From Candidatus Hadarchaeota archaeon (GTDB lineage Archaea; CAYQAE01; CAYVLA01): a stretch of 10,716 bases of DNA. Within the stretch, counting starts at the first letter, position 1. Each line of letters opens with the position of its first letter. Shown piece after piece: positions 1-4,900 of this stretch. The notes beneath the pieces were generated by a model. The model searched no databases, was not told the DNA's origin, and saw only the letters and a list, made by a program, of their open reading frames with translations. The stretch spans positions 1-10,716 of the forward strand of contig CAYVLA010000082.1 of assembly GCA_964452145.1 (NCBI GenBank), written 5' to 3'. A program made the translations under genes and the position numbers.

Positions 1-102
1 GTCCTGTTGGGCCTTCGATAGCATGGCGAAGGTCACGTAGTATCCGTAGGCATCCTTAATGGGCAGGAAGCCTGGAACCACCCTCGCAATCCTGAGCCCC
101 AT
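1..102 (-). CDS. 5' end (34 codons, runs off window) of probable GT4-family glycosyltransferase
   Basis: Manual translation from ATG at 102-100 gives MGLRIARVVPGFLPIKDAYGYYVTFAMLSKAQQD, open to the window edge. It resembles the GT-B/GT4 first strand-loop-helix (M-x-x-R-I-A-x-V-x-P-x-F-x-P...L) and the start of the GT4 at 7185-8336 (KIFHFLQFYTPAIGG). A TATA-like TTGATAAA lies about 20-26 nt upstream. Only 34 aa are visible. Confidence 0.65.
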   Translation of the reverse strand, partial: MGLRIARVVPGFLPIKDAYGYYVTFAMLSKAQQD

Positions 103-180
103 TCGCTGCAAGTTCGTTGATTTATCAAGAAAAGCTTTCGCAGGTTTGTTTAATCAACACGTTCGAAGGGCTGCAAGCCA
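103..180. promoter_or_regulatory. Divergent promoter region with two related quasi-palindromic AT-rich boxes
   Basis: AT-rich gap between divergent starts at 102(-) and 181(+). TTGATTTATCAA (117-128) and TTGTTTAATCAA (146-157) each lie about 15-35 nt upstream of one start and contain TATA-like cores (TTGATAAA on -, TTTAAT on +). Confidence 0.55.
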
Positions 181-1662
181 TTGTCTTTTTCAACAAAGAG
201 CCCAACGGCTGTCTCCGATTCGATGCGCTCGGCCTCCGAGGCGATAGCCTCTCTTGATGCGTACCTTCGCACGTGGACGGACGCCTCCGGCGGCGTCCAC
301 GGATACATAATCCACCATCACAGGGACTACGCAGTGGTCACTGCTCCGGCCTGCTGGACCCAGGGTGTGCGGATACTCGGTCATCTCAAGCTGTACGAAA
401 AAACCGGGGAAAGGGGATGGCTGGAGGCCGCCGAACTGGAGTCGCGATACCTGGTCGGGGCCTATTGCGAGAGGATGCACCTCTACCATGACTCCACCAC
501 TCCCCTGACCCTGATCAATAACGCATGGCCAACCCTTGGCCTGGTCAAGACCGCCCATGCCCTCAGATCCGATCTAGGGAGCGGTTGGCAGAGGATGATA
601 CAGGTCGCCCGGGACAACTTGTACGAGAGGATCCTTGCGGAGCACTGGGACCCCACGGCGTCCACGTTCTACTTCTGCCCTCCCGAATACCCAGGAAGGA
701 GGGTCCACACGTACAACCAGACCGCAATAGCATTGTCAGCTCTATGCGCCATGGCCGAGTTCTCCGGGGATGAATCACTGGTATCGGAGTACGCCATTCC
801 CGCCGCGGACCATATGATCCGCATGCAGGACAAATCAGGGCCGCTGAAGGGGGGCTGGGGATACAACGACGGAGAGAGCGCGCATCTGTACTACTATCTC
901 TATACCGCCCTGAATTGCCGAGGCCTGCTGGACATTTACGAGCACACCCACGAGACCCGCTTTCTGGAGAGCGCAGGACTGGCCGGGGACCATCTGGCGG
1001 GCATGATCGATCCGCACACCAAGCTGTTCTGTCACAGATACGTGAGGGCCGGCCGAAGGGTGCTGCGGTTTGTCCACCCGACCATGGTGGCGACATCCGG
1101 GCTCGGCCTTCTTCAGATCAGACGGCTTCGGGAGCACGGCTTCAACTACGATATCGATGAAAGCATCGAGAGGCTGGTGGATGCCCAGATGCCCCACGGC
1201 GGCTTCCCCAGTTTCATCGGAGCCACCGACATCTGGACCCCGGGCCTGTTCCCTAGCGAGCCCGCCAAGAGGAAGTGGAGGGATATGGTCTCAGTTCCGT
1301 TCTGGAACGTCTTCGTCTTCGAGCTCCTAGCCGACCTCTTGCCGCGGGGCCAGATCATCACCAACGCGGACGTTCGTTTCCCCCTCAGAATCTCAACGGA
1401 CGACGGTCTGGTCCTGGAGGAGGATGTGGACCATGTCAGGCTTGTCCGGGCTGATACTGGAAGGACGGTGTCGTACTTCGAGAAGAAGAGGGACTACATG
1501 CTCTTCAGCACCGAGAAGATGAGGGGAGTCCCCTTCGGGGCTTTCGCTAACTCCGAGCAGGCTACTATTCTCAAGCTCAAGAAGCGGATCAGGGTGGCGA
1601 TCATCGCCGGAGCGATCCTGCTGGTTACTGTCCTGGCGTTCCTGCTCGCCATATTGCTATAG
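181..1662 (+). CDS. Uncharacterised (alpha/alpha)-barrel protein (six-hairpin glycosidase/AGE-epimerase/prenyltransferase-repeat-like) with C-terminal membrane anchor
   Basis: 493-aa ORF (TTG start; alternative in-frame ATG at 223). It has repeated helical-hairpin signatures (LYEKTGERGWLEAA, AEFSGDESLVSEYA, IYEHTHETRFLESA) and QW-like loops (QDKSGPLKGGWGY, QMPHGGF). There is no N-terminal signal peptide. The C-terminus is KLKKRIR followed by 22 hydrophobic residues. Confidence 0.8.
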   Translation: MSFSTKSPTAVSDSMRSASEAIASLDAYLRTWTDASGGVHGYIIHHHRDYAVVTAPACWTQGVRILGHLKLYEKTGERGWLEAAELESRYLVGAYCERMHLYHDSTTPLTLINNAWPTLGLVKTAHALRSDLGSGWQRMIQVARDNLYERILAEHWDPTASTFYFCPPEYPGRRVHTYNQTAIALSALCAMAEFSGDESLVSEYAIPAADHMIRMQDKSGPLKGGWGYNDGESAHLYYYLYTALNCRGLLDIYEHTHETRFLESAGLAGDHLAGMIDPHTKLFCHRYVRAGRRVLRFVHPTMVATSGLGLLQIRRLREHGFNYDIDESIERLVDAQMPHGGFPSFIGATDIWTPGLFPSEPAKRKWRDMVSVPFWNVFVFELLADLLPRGQIITNADVRFPLRISTDDGLVLEEDVDHVRLVRADTGRTVSYFEKKRDYMLFSTEKMRGVPFGAFANSEQATILKLKKRIRVAIIAGAILLVTVLAFLLAILL

Positions 1663-1878
1663 ATCGCCTTGACCGCGAGCATTCTGGGAAAGGGGCTTCC
1701 GCAGGACCCGTCTCCCGGAAATCGCAATTCTCCATCAGAATTTGGGGTGGGATCTGGAGGAATGATGCGATGCTGGAACAGATCGCATCCTGTGTTCCAA
1801 TTACTGCATACTGCGTCTCTGGAGTCGAATTTATCGCAATGAAGCTGGGCGGCCGAACGTTGATCGCAGCCGTGACGG

Positions 1879-1920
1879 ATAATATTTTTCAGCAAGGTCC
1901 GTGGTTTGAGCGAAGGAGGG
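1879..1920 (+). promoter_or_regulatory. Putative TATA-like box (ATAATATTTTT, 1879-1889) and Shine-Dalgarno-like AGGAGG (1914-1919) for the large gene
   Basis: This is the most conspicuous AT-only run just upstream of the 1906 TTG. AGGAGG lies 10 nt before an in-frame CTG (1930) and 16 nt before an in-frame GTG (1936). Confidence 0.4.
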
Positions 1921-4900
1921 GCCCCCGATCTGTCAGTGAGACGACTAGCATGTGGCATCGGCATCGTCCTCCTCATACTTTCCGGGATGATGGTACCAGC
2001 TTTGCGAGAAGGGCGGGCCCAGAGTGCCTGGGGCAGGCTGACCCTCCTGGACTCGGAGGGAAAAGCCGTCCAGAAGATGGCTCCCGGCAGTGAATACTCG
2101 ATCATCGTCCATCTGGAGAACGTCCTCTCCTCCGAGATCGGCTCGGTGGCAATTGCGCTGCAGGGTCCCTTGCAGCCGGCGAGCCTGCCCCGCAGCCTCT
2201 CGCTGTCCTGGTCGAGTTCAGCAGGTTTCCTTGAGCCACAGGGCCAGGGAGCCCTGGTCGCGCAGAGATGCACTTTCTCGAGTGAGAGCCAGACGATCCA
2301 TGAATGGAGATTCACGTTCAGGCTTCCGCGTCTGTCCACCGCCGGGATGTGGACCGTTGGATGCCAGACGGCGCCTCGATCAATCCAGGCAAGCATATCG
2401 GCGGAGGTTGGTTTCGACTTCCTGATCCGCAGTCCGCCCGATCTGTCCTTTTCCGTCCCGGCCGGTCAGACTGGACCGGGGTCACCCAGCCCTCTGGTCC
2501 TATCCCTGGCGTGCAACGATCAGGCGCGGCTCTACCTCTCTTCAGGCGGCTTGACGGGCGCTTCTGGATCGAGCATCCCCGCCTCCAGCATCATCGTTGA
2601 CGATGATTCCACGCTCGGCGAGAAACCCGAGACGGGCCAAGCCTCATTCGTTGTCGGCACCACACCTTTGCCCTATCTGACACTGCCCGCCGGCCCTGAG
2701 AGGTCGCTCAGCATCTATGCCTTCCTTTCCTGCCCACCTGGCATGCAGGGTGGATCCACATTCTCAGGCAGCCTGAACGTTGTTCTGGCTCCGAACTACC
2801 GCTCCGACCAGACCGCCCCCAGCGTGGAAAACCTCTTTCTCGTGTCATCGGGGGCCAGCGACCTATATGGCCCGACGAACTCGATTGTCGCCGCGGCAAC
2901 AATATCCGAGGACTACGCCCTTTCGTCGCTGACGTTTTCGGTGCGGGTGGACAGCGGTGCGGCCATATACAGACAGATCGCGTGGACAGGAAACGGCAAC
3001 TACCAGTGCGAGTTCCAAGTCCAGGCCAACCCCGGTCAGCAGGTTGCACTAACCGTCGAGGCCATCGATATCGCGGGCCGCAGGTCGACGGCGACGAAGG
3101 CAGCCGTTGTGAAGGAGCAGGGCATATCCGGCGTCTATGTGGGCGATCTCTCGGTCTGGGAGAATGACTACTTCGATGACCTCTACGACATATATCCCAG
3201 CTTTCCATCGGATGGCTGGGCGAGCATCTATGCCAGGGTCGCGTCCACAAGCGGCGTGATGCTTCACTTCGAGCGGCGTTACAGAGGCCTAGCCCACGTT
3301 TTCGCCACGGAGAGCGTCTCCATGGCCCCGGTCAGTTCGCCCAAGTGGCCGAATATGTGGGAAGCCAGGATCCGGGTGGCCCCGTCCGAAGAGGTCACGT
3401 ACTGGGTCACGACTTCGGAGGGCCAGGCATCCGCTCCAAAGTCCTTCGTTGCCCTTCCTGACGTGTGGAACGATCACTATGGCTTCGGTCTGCTTCAGTC
3501 CTGGGGTGAGCAGGGCTGGTCGCCTGAAGTCCTTCTATCCAAGTTGGAGGAGGTAGCTGGCTCCTTCGTCATCCCGATCAACACCTGGGGGCAGTCCTCG
3601 ACCAATCCGCCTAGGTACTTCTACCCCTTCCAGGACCGCGTGGGACTATGGGAGCCCGAGTTCGGGGGCACGATGCAGATGATGGCTTGGTACGAGCAGT
3701 GGAGGAGGGCTGTGGAGCAAAGGGATCCGGCGGGTGCCTTCTATGCCATGTCGTGGTTCTTCTACCACAGGACGTGGAGAGATGATGCGCCCCCCGTGCC
3801 GGCTCCGCATTCCGGCGAGCAGTGGGATCGAGTAGCCCAGAAGCTGGGCCGACTGGTGGCCACGGACCCGACATGGCGCGCCCTGGTTCTCGACCAGGAG
3901 TATGCAAGCTACAACGAAGTCAAGAACATGGTTCCCCTGGCTTCCGAGTGGGACGACAATCGAGACGGAGTCATGGACGCAAACGAGTTCGAAGCTCACA
4001 TGGTCAACGACATGCTGGGGCTTCTGAGGCTTTTCAGAGCGGACACTTGGTATGGCGGACAGCCTCATCTGGGCTACAGGTGGTCGTCCCGCATCATTCC
4101 TCCCGAGGCGAGGCTATCGGGGAGCGTGAACCACTTCCAGCACTGCGATGCAAACGGTCAGGCCACATGGTATTTCACCGATCATTTCGATTCCAGCCTG
4201 CACCAGCCACTACTCTCGGCCGGGGTCTCGGCCTGCGCCAGCGACCTTGCAACGGATTACTACCTACACCGGACCATGGACCGTCACGGCACGTCGACGG
4301 ATTGGAACCTTGGCTTTGCCGAGCAGGTCCTCTATGCCTATCTCCTGAACCCCCACTACGTTACGGTGTGGGTCCACGGGGGATGGGACGGCCCGGCCGA
4401 GCCGGATTCTCCCTACTCCTTCGACCAGACGGAGAAGGCCTTCGCCCAGAAGATCGCTTCCAAGTGGAATTACGTGACGTACCTATCCAACTTGGAGTAT
4501 GCAGAGCTACCGACCGGTGGCAGTCGTCCCTTTGGACGGCGAGTGCTCGGCACCAAACCAACCTGGTTCCTCCCTCAGACATCTGATGTCTACTATTCCC
4601 TCAGCAAGGAGACGGGCAGCATGTGGTTGATGGCCATCAGCAACTTCGAGACCTCGGCCAAGACCCTCAGGATCACGATTGGACCTGAACTCTTCGACTG
4701 GTATGGTTGCGACAACTTAGTGGCAATTGACCCTACGGCACCCGGCGCCCCGTGGCAATACCTCACCAGATCGAACAACCAGATCAGCCTGACTATTTCG
4801 GCCCAGGATGTGAGAATCCTCAAAGTCGGGGTTCCTGTGGAGGTACTGGCCTTGCCTCAGAATGAGGACGGTTATCCGGAGGACATCCTGGGAAAGGTCC

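Noticed and set aside
117..128. FNR/CRP-type site (TTGAT...ATCAA)
   Set aside because: The FNR consensus needs a 4-nt spacer (TTGAT-N4-ATCAA). The spacer here is 2 nt, so no specific regulator is assigned.
1762..1830. Archaeal C/D-box sRNA (ATGATGC resembles box C)
   Set aside because: Imperfect box C and no CTGA D/D' boxes at suitable distances downstream.
1663..1905. CRISPR array, tRNA or IS/MITE remnant in the intergenic gap
   Set aside because: No regularly spaced repeats of 23 nt or more, no cloverleaf with T-loop consensus, and no terminal inverted repeats with target duplication were seen.
1936..1956. Tat or lipoprotein signal in the giant protein (RRLAC)
   Set aside because: RR is not followed by x-F-L, and the Cys precedes rather than follows the hydrophobic region, so it is not a lipobox. 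A Sec-type signal is more likely.
1494..2396. 300-aa minus-strand ORF spanning the intergenic gap
   Set aside because: It lies antisense to two well-supported genes and has no recognisable motifs. Long shadow ORFs are expected at this GC content.
3822..4586. 254-aa alternative-frame ORF inside the giant gene, and the other short nested ORFs in the track
   Set aside because: Arg/Pro/Gly/Ser-rich composition typical of off-frame translation of GC-rich coding DNA.
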